NCBI GenBank assembly: GCA_964610125.1
Contig: CAZSUV010000002.1
Span: forward strand, 120,940 to 184,939
Direction of reading: 5' to 3'
Origin: an uncultured Candidatus Saccharibacteria bacterium
GTDB taxonomy: Bacteria > Patescibacteriota > Dojkabacteria > SC72
DNA: 64,000 nucleotides
Part shown: positions 48,878-56,939 of the stretch, piece after piece
How positions within the stretch are numbered: the stretch's first letter is position 1
Layout: every line of letters begins with the position of its first letter
The notes under the pieces: generated by a model
The model's input: the letters and a program-made list of their open reading frames with translations, nothing else
The model's database searches: none
What the model was told of the DNA's origin: nothing
Position numbers and translations under genes: made by a program

Positions 48878-49474
48878 ATGGCAAACGTAGAACTTACAGA
48901 TATTGAAAGAGAAACATTTCCTGCCCTACCTCAGTTGTATGACTTAGTTAAGCTATCTCCTACGGGCTATCTTGAAATTGCAAGAGTGGGAAGGACTAAC
49001 TCAAGAGGAATTAAGGAAAATGCAATATTTTCTGGTGAAGAAACAACTGCTCTTATTGATGAATTATCAAAATGTTACGAACTATTTGTAACAAATGACA
49101 TTCAAAGTGTTCCAGATAAAATTGCGTTAAGTACTGATTCTTACAAAAGTAAATCTGGAAAAGGAGAAGAACGATTCTTTCAAGACTCATTACTGGACAC
49201 TACGGATTTTCGGGAGGAAGTTTTAGAGCAACAACTTACCATAGCTGTATATTTTTCAAAAAATAGCTGCGTAATTCTACACGTCACAGATGTAAAAACA
49301 GATAATCCAAAGGGTTCTGTGATACACAAATTTCCATCTAAGGAGAAATATAAAGGAATACGATATATAGAGTTAACAGAAGAATTGAAAGATCTGTTTG
49401 TATTAGCCCAAAGTCTAGTAATGAAAAAGGCAATGAATGGTGAATTGGAAGGTATAGAGTTTAATCATGAATAA
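48878..49474 (+). CDS. Hypothetical protein (array member 2)
   Basis: 198 aa; TATACT upstream. Confidence 0.75.
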   Translation: MANVELTDIERETFPALPQLYDLVKLSPTGYLEIARVGRTNSRGIKENAIFSGEETTALIDELSKCYELFVTNDIQSVPDKIALSTDSYKSKSGKGEERFFQDSLLDTTDFREEVLEQQLTIAVYFSKNSCVILHVTDVKTDNPKGSVIHKFPSKEKYKGIRYIELTEELKDLFVLAQSLVMKKAMNGELEGIEFNHE

Positions 49475-49934
49475 TGTATCAATTACAGAACAATTGAACC
49501 TTGATCCCAATCTAGAAGCGGAATATTTAGATAGTACCCTTATCTTATCAGGTTTAACAGATATTCATTTTGCAAATGAAGAGGAATTCGTGAATAAGCC
49601 CACAGTATTTTATGCTGAAATCATACCATCTGAATATTCTTTAGAAATATATAATCGTTTCTTTGATATTTTTAATTCACAATTGAGTTTCTTTCCCAAA
49701 ATAGCAATAGATATTTCACATACAGATACAGAAATGTTAAGTATGAATATTGCATGCGATAGTTGTGCCATTACTTTTGAGATAGATACAAATTCAAAAA
49801 GTGGTATTGTAAAGCATAGACCAGCATATAAAGATGCTAAGGTGGTTAGTACATGGAAGGAGTATCCATATAAGGAGATATTTCTTTTAGGGAAGGCAGT
49901 GTTTGATTATTATTTAGGGGAAAATAGTTGTTAA
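49467..49934 (+). CDS. Hypothetical protein (array member 3)
   Basis: 155 aa; overlaps the previous gene by 8 nt. Confidence 0.75.
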   Translation: MNNVSITEQLNLDPNLEAEYLDSTLILSGLTDIHFANEEEFVNKPTVFYAEIIPSEYSLEIYNRFFDIFNSQLSFFPKIAIDISHTDTEMLSMNIACDSCAITFEIDTNSKSGIVKHRPAYKDAKVVSTWKEYPYKEIFLLGKAVFDYYLGENSC

Positions 49935-49964
49935 AACAAGGAAAGAAGGATATAATTATAGGCT

Positions 49965-50450
49965 ATGACAGACCCCAAAGTTGCTGAAGATCAAAAAACA
50001 ATAGAATATTCTGAGATTGTAAACGAAATAGATCCATTTGGAACTAGTATTGAAAATCTCCCTTTTAGAATACGTCCATATTTTTATGGCGAAGATAGCA
50101 CTGATTTAAGTAAAATAAATGACGAGGATATTGCCTTGCTTAAAGCTGCTTTTCCAGATGTTGATATTGATGAATATTCTGAGGATACATTTGTGACTTG
50201 TAATATATTCCCAATGTATTTTACATTAGTTTTTCAGACTGAAAAATATTGTTTCTTCTCCACTTTCCCATTTCATGGATCTCCAACAGAGCCTTTTTTT
50301 GAAGAGTATAATGAAACAGGAACATCAGGGAAAATATCTTTGAGAAATGGTGCAACCGAAGATGTCTTTGGAAAGATCAAGTGTCTAAAAGATATCGTTA
50401 AGGGAAAAATTGATACAAAACTTGCTGAACTAGCAAGCAGTGCCAATTAA
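49965..50450 (+). CDS. Hypothetical protein (array member 4)
   Basis: 161 aa; upstream 33 nt resemble those of member 1. Confidence 0.75.
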   Translation: MTDPKVAEDQKTIEYSEIVNEIDPFGTSIENLPFRIRPYFYGEDSTDLSKINDEDIALLKAAFPDVDIDEYSEDTFVTCNIFPMYFTLVFQTEKYCFFSTFPFHGSPTEPFFEEYNETGTSGKISLRNGATEDVFGKIKCLKDIVKGKIDTKLAELASSAN

Positions 50451-50465
50451 AGAAATACAAAACCT

Positions 50466-50918
50466 ATGTCTCTTGAACTTCTAGAAAAAACAGATATTAA
50501 TCAATTAGTATATGAGCTATCCTCAGTAAAAGATCTTGTAAATTCTCTTCCAAACAAGTGTATCATAGAAGAAGTGACAGGTAGTGAAGATATCTCTGAT
50601 ATATATCTAGGACTTAGGAAGAGTAGTCTCTTGATATATGATTTATTTCCTAATGAAATTGAGACCGTACAGATCTATTCTACTCTTATCAATGAGGATG
50701 AATATTCTCAATCATTTATCATTGGTTGTACAATGAATAATGCTTTGTTTCAGTTAAGAATCGTAACAGATGGATTGGGGAAGATAGATAAAGTATTAAT
50801 TGAGCAGTACAGAGATAGTAATTCTTTAACAATTACCTGTGAAGAATGTATAAAACTAAAGGAATTTGAAATGGCAATGGTATTAAAAGATATATTAACA
50901 AAAGAAGTTGTAAAATAG
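50466..50918 (+). CDS. Hypothetical protein (array member 5)
   Basis: 150-aa acidic ORF. Confidence 0.75.
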   Translation: MSLELLEKTDINQLVYELSSVKDLVNSLPNKCIIEEVTGSEDISDIYLGLRKSSLLIYDLFPNEIETVQIYSTLINEDEYSQSFIIGCTMNNALFQLRIVTDGLGKIDKVLIEQYRDSNSLTITCEECIKLKEFEMAMVLKDILTKEVVK

Positions 50919-50925
50919 CTATAGG

Positions 50926-51099
50926 TTTAAATTCCAATTAAGAATTGATATAATACTGTAAATTATGATTTATAAATAATCATAATCTCTTGTACTTTTA
51001 AAACAAAATATCTTTCAAATATTGTATACGACATTAAGATTATATTTCTAATGTAATTTTTATGTCGTATGCAAGTTCATCTATGTTCAAGGAGAAAAA
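50926..51099 (+). promoter_or_regulatory. Promoter plus structured ~140-nt leader
   Basis: TTTAAA-17-TATAAT (TG-extended); hairpins 50962-50986 and 51022-51074; SD AAGGAG. Confidence 0.65.
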
Positions 51100-51540
51100 A
51101 TGGCAACGAAATTAGGAATGTTATTAAATGATTATGAAAGTGCAATAAAAATGTGGTTGGCCGATTCTTGGTCTCCAGTACTATCAAATTTGTACAAAAC
51201 GCTTTTGATTGATGTCAGAGCATTAACTGTCGTGATGGAGGAACGTTTTTTGCCAGTATGGCAAAAGTGGGTATTTTCTCAAATAGCATACACTCCCAAT
51301 GGAGATTGGAAAAAGTGCTATCCTAGTGTGAATACTGTGTTTCTCCAAAAAGGGGAGACATATATAGTATCTTTTTCAAATGAAGGAAATGATCCATATG
51401 TTTCCTTCGAAATTGAAAACGATGCTGCAAAGGGTACTACCAGATTTCATTTCTTTGAAATGAATGGAACGGTGCAGCAAGCGCTTTACCTAATTAATCT
51501 CTTCTGTGATTTCGCGGAAATGGAGGAAGAACATATTTGA
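51100..51540 (+). CDS. Hypothetical protein in a standalone cassette
   Basis: 146 aa with strong SD. Confidence 0.75.
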   Translation: MATKLGMLLNDYESAIKMWLADSWSPVLSNLYKTLLIDVRALTVVMEERFLPVWQKWVFSQIAYTPNGDWKKCYPSVNTVFLQKGETYIVSFSNEGNDPYVSFEIENDAAKGTTRFHFFEMNGTVQQALYLINLFCDFAEMEEEHI

Positions 51541-51554
51541 AAAGTACAAGAGAA

Positions 51555-51595
51555 CGGTAACCACTATGGTTATATATATTACATAGTGGTTATCG
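51555..51595. terminator. Hairpin between convergent genes
   Basis: CGGTAACCACTATG...CATAGTGGTTATCG. Confidence 0.7.
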
Positions 51596-51599
51596 CTTC

Positions 51600-52811
51600 T
51601 CAGGAAAGATATTTCTTGTTCTTCAATCTATCTGGTAAACACTGTTGATCTGATTTCTTGTTAGCTAAATCATGATCATATTCATAACCCTTACCATATC
51701 CCAAATCTTTCATTAGTTTTGTTTCAGGATTACGTATATTTAAAGGTACAGGAAGATTCCCATATGTCTCAATATCCTTCTTTACCTCTAACTCTACTTT
51801 GTAAGCGGTATTGTCTTTAGGAGCCTTGGAAAGATATATAGCTAATTGCATAAGCAAAGTCTCACACTCAGGCATACCAAGCTTCTGACATGCTTCATAT
51901 ACACTGTTTGCTAATACCAAAGCATTAGGATCTGCATTGCCCACATCCTCACTAGAAAATCTTAGAAGTCTTCGAGCAATATACAGAGGATCTTCTCCAC
52001 CGCTTAACATCCTACCTACCCAGTAACATGCTGCATCTGGATTAGATGATCTCATGGACTTATGTATTGCGGATATGATGTTGTAATGTTCTTCCCCAGT
52101 TTTGTCATAGTAGACCGGTTTTTGAATTGCACTCATTAGAAGTTCTGTGGTTACTTTAGCTTTCTCATCTTTCTTTTGTGCAGATGTAGCTAATGTAGTA
52201 GCCATTTCTAATATGTTCAACGCTGAACGGATATCTCCATTGGATAGATTCCCCATTATTTCTAATTCTTTCTTCCCTATACCAATATTTGGATATTCTT
52301 GTTTTGCAATCCTCTTTATGAGTTTGGATATATCTTCTTCAGTTGGTTGTTTAAATACAAAGACCTTGGTTCTAGAAAGCAATGCGCTATTTACTGTGAA
52401 TGAGGGATTTTCTGTTGTAGCTCCTATGAGTATTACTATGCCTTTTTCCACATATGGTAGTAATGCATCTTGTTGAGCTTTATTCCATCTGTGTATTTCA
52501 TCTAAAAAAAGGATTGTCTTCTTTCCATATTGTTGGTTATTTAGTGCTACCTTTATAATCTTTCTTAATTGCTCTTTCCCTGCGGATACTGCTTGGAGTT
52601 TGTGAAAATCGTAGAAGAGATTAAGTGAGATTATATATGCTAATGTGGTTTTTCCTGTTCCAGGTGGCCCCCAGAATATCATTGAGGGTATGTTACCTGA
52701 TTCTATGAACTTTCTAATGGGTCCGTTTTCTCCTACTAGGTGTTCTTGACCTATGAAGTCTTCTAATGTCTTGGGCCTATATTTTGATGCTAATGGTTCA
52801 TATGCTGGCAT
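51600..52811 (-). CDS. rarA: Replication-associated recombination protein RarA/MgsA
   Basis: PLASKYRP, WGPPGTGKTT, DEIHR, GATTENP, ISAIHKSMR, SEDVG.ADP. Confidence 0.95.
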   Translation of the reverse strand: MPAYEPLASKYRPKTLEDFIGQEHLVGENGPIRKFIESGNIPSMIFWGPPGTGKTTLAYIISLNLFYDFHKLQAVSAGKEQLRKIIKVALNNQQYGKKTILFLDEIHRWNKAQQDALLPYVEKGIVILIGATTENPSFTVNSALLSRTKVFVFKQPTEEDISKLIKRIAKQEYPNIGIGKKELEIMGNLSNGDIRSALNILEMATTLATSAQKKDEKAKVTTELLMSAIQKPVYYDKTGEEHYNIISAIHKSMRSSNPDAACYWVGRMLSGGEDPLYIARRLLRFSSEDVGNADPNALVLANSVYEACQKLGMPECETLLMQLAIYLSKAPKDNTAYKVELEVKKDIETYGNLPVPLNIRNPETKLMKDLGYGKGYEYDHDLANKKSDQQCLPDRLKNKKYLS

Positions 52812-52873
52812 ATGTGTATTATACCATTGTGTGTGTAGTATAATTCGAATAACCTACGAAAGAGGAGGATGAG

Positions 52874-53014
52874 ATGGGACTTGGGAATGTTAGTGGACAT
52901 GACCAGAAAGAACGACCTTGTGTAGACAAGGTTACTAGATTACGTACGTGGGGCACAATCATTTTGGGTGTATTGTTGCTCTTGTTCTTGTCGTTCATTC
53001 ACTTTTTTTGTTAG
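52874..53014 (+). CDS. 46-aa small protein with C-terminal TM helix (absent from ORF track)
   Basis: AGGAGG SD; MGLGNVSGHDQKERPCVDKVTRLRTWGTIILGVLLLLFLSFIHFFC*. Confidence 0.7.
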   Translation: MGLGNVSGHDQKERPCVDKVTRLRTWGTIILGVLLLLFLSFIHFFC

Positions 53015-53070
53015 GTCTCAGAGGGGGATTATATGCTTCAATGCACTATGTATAACCCCCTCCTTAGATT
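53012..53070 (+). repeat. Hairpin element copy 1 (loop GCTTCAATGCAC)
   Basis: TAGG...GAGGGGGATTATA-TGCTTCAATGCAC...TATAACCCCCTC-CTTAGATT. Confidence 0.75.
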
Positions 53071-53162
53071 CTTCCATACTTGAAATTATGTTGGTAAAAG
53101 GAGTATAATGACCACCGCATCATTGAAAAATGAGCAAACCCTAGCACATATAAGGAGAAAGA

Positions 53163-53315
53163 ATGAATTTCGGTTTTGTAAATGCCAAACCAGTAATGCA
53201 ATATGAGGATAATCCTCAAAAAGGATTTAGAAGCCCAGTTTTGCGGATTGCAAAAGCTTCACTTCCCTATACATTTATTTTTGGCCTATTAATCGCAAAG
53301 CTTTTTCTTCACTAG
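53163..53315 (+). CDS. 50-aa small protein with hydrophobic C-terminus (absent from ORF track)
   Basis: TTGAAA-18-TATAAT promoter, TAAGGAG SD; MNFGFVNAKPVMQYEDNPQKGFRSPVLRIAKASLPYTFIFGLLIAKLFLH*. Confidence 0.7.
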   Translation: MNFGFVNAKPVMQYEDNPQKGFRSPVLRIAKASLPYTFIFGLLIAKLFLH

Positions 53316-53363
53316 GCCCCTGAGAGGGATATACGCTTCAATGCACATATCCCTCTTTAGATT
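53313..53363 (+). repeat. Hairpin element copy 2 (loop GCTTCAATGCAC)
   Basis: TAGG...AGAGGGATAT-ACGCTTCAATGCAC-ATATCCCTCT-TTAGATT. Confidence 0.75.
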
Positions 53364-53373
53364 TTCTTCTGAA

Positions 53374-53584
53374 TTGAATTAAATACCACCCCATAGTATA
53401 ATATATGTATATCTATTAACTTAGTTATAGATATATCTGCTCATTAAAAAGGATCTAGGTATCTCCTGTTTAGCTTGCTTAATACAATATGATTTTCACT
53501 ATATATGTGGAAGTTTTGTTGTGTTAAAGCAAGTTAATCAATTAACCCTTGAAAGAGGGAATTAAAAATAAGGAGAAAAAGAAA
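53374..53584 (+). promoter_or_regulatory. Promoter plus structured ~175-nt leader
   Basis: TTGAAT-17-TATAAT; hairpins 53408-53435 and 53471-53536; boxA-like TGCTCATTAAAA; SD AAGGAG. Confidence 0.65.
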
Positions 53585-53938
53585 ATGGAAAGTTACATAT
53601 GGTTTTATGTTATTGGAATGTTGGTTCTAATTGGATTGAATATCATCCAATTAATCCGAAGCTCTGGTAAAAAGGTAATAAATTGGATTCAAATTGCCAT
53701 ATATGCTGGTTCGATAATTTGGTTTGTTTTTTGCCTTGTTGGTTTATATGCAAGTTGGTTCTTTTTTGGAACCTCTATTGCGTATATCCTGGCATTTGCT
53801 TTTGAATGTGGGCAATTATCAATCAAATTTTCAAATAAAGCTGAAAAAAAACTGGGATTTGACTTCTTAATTGTTTTTATGGCCTTTCTACCCGTGATAT
53901 TCTCTCAGGCAATTCTTGCAAACGTTCTTCCATTCTAA
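53585..53938 (+). CDS. Hypothetical four-TM membrane protein in a standalone cassette
   Basis: ATG 9 nt after AAGGAG; four hydrophobic segments. Confidence 0.75.
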   Translation: MESYIWFYVIGMLVLIGLNIIQLIRSSGKKVINWIQIAIYAGSIIWFVFCLVGLYASWFFFGTSIAYILAFAFECGQLSIKFSNKAEKKLGFDFLIVFMAFLPVIFSQAILANVLPF

Positions 53939-53958
53939 ATACTAGATTCTTCACAAAA

Positions 53959-53992
53959 ATACCGGGAGGTTTTTCCAAAAACCTCTCGGTAT
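53959..53992. terminator. Hairpin between convergent genes
   Basis: ATACCGGGAGGTTTTT-CC-AAAAACCTCTCGGTAT. Confidence 0.75.
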
Positions 53993-54004
53993 GATCTAGC
54001 TATC

Positions 54005-54538
54005 CTATTTGTAAATATATAATTCCTTCCCATTACTCAATTTCATCTTCTCCTCCCCCTTCAATCCTTTAACATTGTATATATACGAATATACTTCCCC
54101 ACCCTTCTTTACAAATTCCTCTAACTTAGGTCCTAGTATCCCCATACTCTTTTCATCCAAAAAACAATATATCTTTGTAGCTTTAGAAATATCAACCTTA
54201 AAAACATTCTGAGCATCAAATATAATTTCTTTTTGTAATGGAAATCTAAATGTTCTAATTACATTTGCCCATATAATACTTAATGGAGAGATATCATATC
54301 CAATACACTTCCCATGCCCTCTCTCATACATCTTAAATACTAATCTACCATCTCCACTACCCAAATCTACAAATACATCCTTTTTAGAAGGATCCATTAA
54401 ATCAGCAATCTCATCTAAAACCTTAGAAGGAGTCTTAACCATTGGAGAAAGCAATGCATTTACTAATATGGAAAGAATTGTACAAAGGAATAGTAATACA
54501 AAAGTAATTATAATCCCTAAGGTAATACCATTTAACAT
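54005..54538 (-). CDS. Membrane-anchored class I SAM-dependent methyltransferase
   Basis: N-terminal TM; VDLGSGDGR, GYDIS. Confidence 0.85.
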   Translation of the reverse strand: MLNGITLGIIITFVLLFLCTILSILVNALLSPMVKTPSKVLDEIADLMDPSKKDVFVDLGSGDGRLVFKMYERGHGKCIGYDISPLSIIWANVIRTFRFPLQKEIIFDAQNVFKVDISKATKIYCFLDEKSMGILGPKLEEFVKKGGEVYSYIYNVKGLKGEEKMKLSNGKELYIYK

Positions 54539-54576
54539 TGTGATATCATACTAATGTAAATTATATATCTAGATAC

Positions 54577-55281
54577 ATGATAGACGGAATTTTACTAATA
54601 GACAAGGAGGAAGGTATAACATCCTACGATGTTATTAGACACCTCAAATATCTCCTACCAAGAAAATACAAAATTGGTCATGCAGGTACCTTAGACCCAT
54701 TTGCTACTGGACTCTTGGTTGTACTTGTTGGTAAAGCTACAAAGCTAATGGATACTATTCATGGATTAGAAAAAGAATATGAAGTAAAGGCAGAATTTGG
54801 ATATGCAACGGATACACAAGATTGTACTGGAGAAAAAACAAATATATCCTCTACTACATTGGAAATATCAAAGGAAGAATTGGAAGAAAATATTAAGAAG
54901 TATTTCATTGGAGATATCTCTCAACTTCCCCCACAGTATTCAGCTAAGAAGATAAACGGACAAAAAGCATATGACTTAGCAAGACAAGGAAAAGAAGTTG
55001 AACTCAAACCAAAAGATATCCATATTTCTAAATATGAAATTATTAAATATGAATGGCCATTTGTTACATTTCGAGTAGTTTGTTCTACTGGAACATATAT
55101 TAGGACATTGGTAAATAATCTTGGAGAGAAGGTAGGAACCTATGCAACAGCGGTTGCACTCCGTAGAACTCAGGTTGGAGAGTTTAATGTAAATAATGCC
55201 ATATCAACAAAAGCTATCAATGAAGGCACTTTAGAGAGTATAATAGAGATAGATAAAGTAAAGGAGATATTAAAGATATGA
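54577..55281 (+). CDS. truB: tRNA pseudouridine(55) synthase
   Basis: GHAGTLDPFATG, PPQYSAKK, GTYIRTL. Confidence 0.96.
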   Translation: MIDGILLIDKEEGITSYDVIRHLKYLLPRKYKIGHAGTLDPFATGLLVVLVGKATKLMDTIHGLEKEYEVKAEFGYATDTQDCTGEKTNISSTTLEISKEELEENIKKYFIGDISQLPPQYSAKKINGQKAYDLARQGKEVELKPKDIHISKYEIIKYEWPFVTFRVVCSTGTYIRTLVNNLGEKVGTYATAVALRRTQVGEFNVNNAISTKAINEGTLESIIEIDKVKEILKI

Positions 55282-55976
55282 ACAAAGGAAAATTGTATGT
55301 AGTGGCTACCCCTATCGGTAATCTTGGAGATATGACATTTCGCGCTGTAGATATTCTTAAGCAAGTAGCTTTTGTTTTAGCTGAAGATACAAGAGAATCT
55401 TACAAACTCTTACAACGTTATGATATCCCTACTCAATTAGTATCATACAGGGATCAGAATCATGTGAGAATGATGGAAAAAATTTTAGAAAAATTAGATC
55501 TAGGATTAGATTTAGCACTAATATCTGATTGTGGGACTCCTCTTATCTCTGACCCAGGGTATAGATTGGTCAGAGAATTGAGATTTAAAGGGTATGAGGT
55601 TTTAGCTATTCCTGGCCCAAGTGCATTAATATCTGCACTTTCAGTAAGTGGATTGGCTACAGACAGATTTACTTTCTTTGGATTCTTACCAAAGTCTGAT
55701 GTAAGAAGAGAAAAGCTTTTGAGCGAATATGTAAAGTTAGAATCTACATTGGTATTCTATGAATCTCCTAATCGTTTACTCAAACTTCTTGAAATTCTGA
55801 AAAAGGTTTTTGGGGATGTTAATGTTAGTGTGGCTAGAGATATTACTAAGATGAAAGAGGCATACTTTGTTGGAAATATCTCAAAAGTATTAACAGATAT
55901 TAATGTAAATGATTTTGAAAATAATCCTCATGGGGAATATGTAGTTATGCTTGAGAATAAGGAAGACCAAGATTAA
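55278..55976 (+). CDS. rsmI: 16S rRNA C1402 2'-O-methyltransferase
   Basis: LYVVATPIGNLGD, AEDTR, GTPLISDPG, FYESPNR. Confidence 0.95.
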   Translation: MNKGKLYVVATPIGNLGDMTFRAVDILKQVAFVLAEDTRESYKLLQRYDIPTQLVSYRDQNHVRMMEKILEKLDLGLDLALISDCGTPLISDPGYRLVRELRFKGYEVLAIPGPSALISALSVSGLATDRFTFFGFLPKSDVRREKLLSEYVKLESTLVFYESPNRLLKLLEILKKVFGDVNVSVARDITKMKEAYFVGNISKVLTDINVNDFENNPHGEYVVMLENKEDQD

Positions 55977-56848
55977 AGGAAAAGGGTTTTGTAATTTTCG
56001 TCTGTAACTGATTCCAATTTCTCCATAGATACTCCTTTTATATCTGTAACTACCTCCATTATTTCTCTTATGTCTGCTGGTTGTCCAAACTTCTCCTTTA
56101 TCTTTTTATTCTTCCTTACTGATTGAGGTGGTAATAATGGTCCATCAGTCTCAAAAAGTATTCTGTCCAATGGTACCTGTTTTAATATCTCTCTAACATT
56201 CTCTCCACTAGGATATGTAATAATGGCATTAAATCCGACATAGAAACCTAAGGCTAAGATATCTTCCATGAATGATATATCTCCTGTGTAGCTATGGAAG
56301 CTTCCTCTCACTTCTCCTTTCCCCTCCTCTACTAATATCCTTAATACATCTCTCACGGTATCTTTTCGTCCTTGAATATCTCGGGCATGAATACTAAGTG
56401 GAAGGTTATATTTTTTTGCTAATGCAATCTGTCTTCTAAATGAAAGCTTTTGTATTTCTTGTAACTCTTCCTGTTGAGCTCTAAGAATGCTTTGATTGAG
56501 ATTGAATTGGAAATAGTCTAATCCCGTTTCTCCTACGGCCTTTATTTTACTAACATTTTTTTCAAATTGAGATTCAAATTCGTTAATATATCTATTGCAA
56601 AATTCATACAGATTTTTTGTTCTCCCTTTTAGTATTGTAGTTTCTTCAAATATTGTAGGATGTAAACCTAGTGCCACATCTATGATATCTGGATATTTTG
56701 ATGCAATATCCAATGTCTCTTGTATATCAATATTGTCAGTGGATTGAGTAAGGATATGCTTTCCACCATCTGAAACAAACTTCTCAACTATCTCTGTAAT
56801 ATTCCTGTTTAAAGGCTCAAGATTTAAATGTATATGTGAATCGTGCAT
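55973..56848 (-). CDS. tatD: TatD-family hydrolase
   Basis: DSHIHL, GLHP, VGETGLDY, IHAR, FHSYTG, FETDGP. Confidence 0.93.
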   Translation of the reverse strand: MHDSHIHLNLEPLNRNITEIVEKFVSDGGKHILTQSTDNIDIQETLDIASKYPDIIDVALGLHPTIFEETTILKGRTKNLYEFCNRYINEFESQFEKNVSKIKAVGETGLDYFQFNLNQSILRAQQEELQEIQKLSFRRQIALAKKYNLPLSIHARDIQGRKDTVRDVLRILVEEGKGEVRGSFHSYTGDISFMEDILALGFYVGFNAIITYPSGENVREILKQVPLDRILFETDGPLLPPQSVRKNKKIKEKFGQPADIREIMEVVTDIKGVSMEKLESVTDENYKTLFL

Positions 56849-56939
56849 GGAAGAATTTTAACATATATTAGAGGGGAAATTACTACAAGATTTAGAAACT
56901 ATAACTTCGAGCTTGTAATGTGGTAGAATATTCCTCGTC

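Noticed and set aside
50986-51553. IS/MITE terminal inverted repeats
   Set aside because: No transposase or target-site duplication seen; the arms lie inside the transcription unit and differ in sequence between cassettes. Not fully excluded.
53012-53363. CRISPR array from the repeated hairpins
   Set aside because: Only two imperfect copies, about 300 bp apart, separated by a promoter and an ORF; no cas genes.
48258-53992. Integron cassette array
   Set aside because: No integrase in the window and no attC-like RYYYAAC...GTTRRRY ends; the ORFs have their own promoters.
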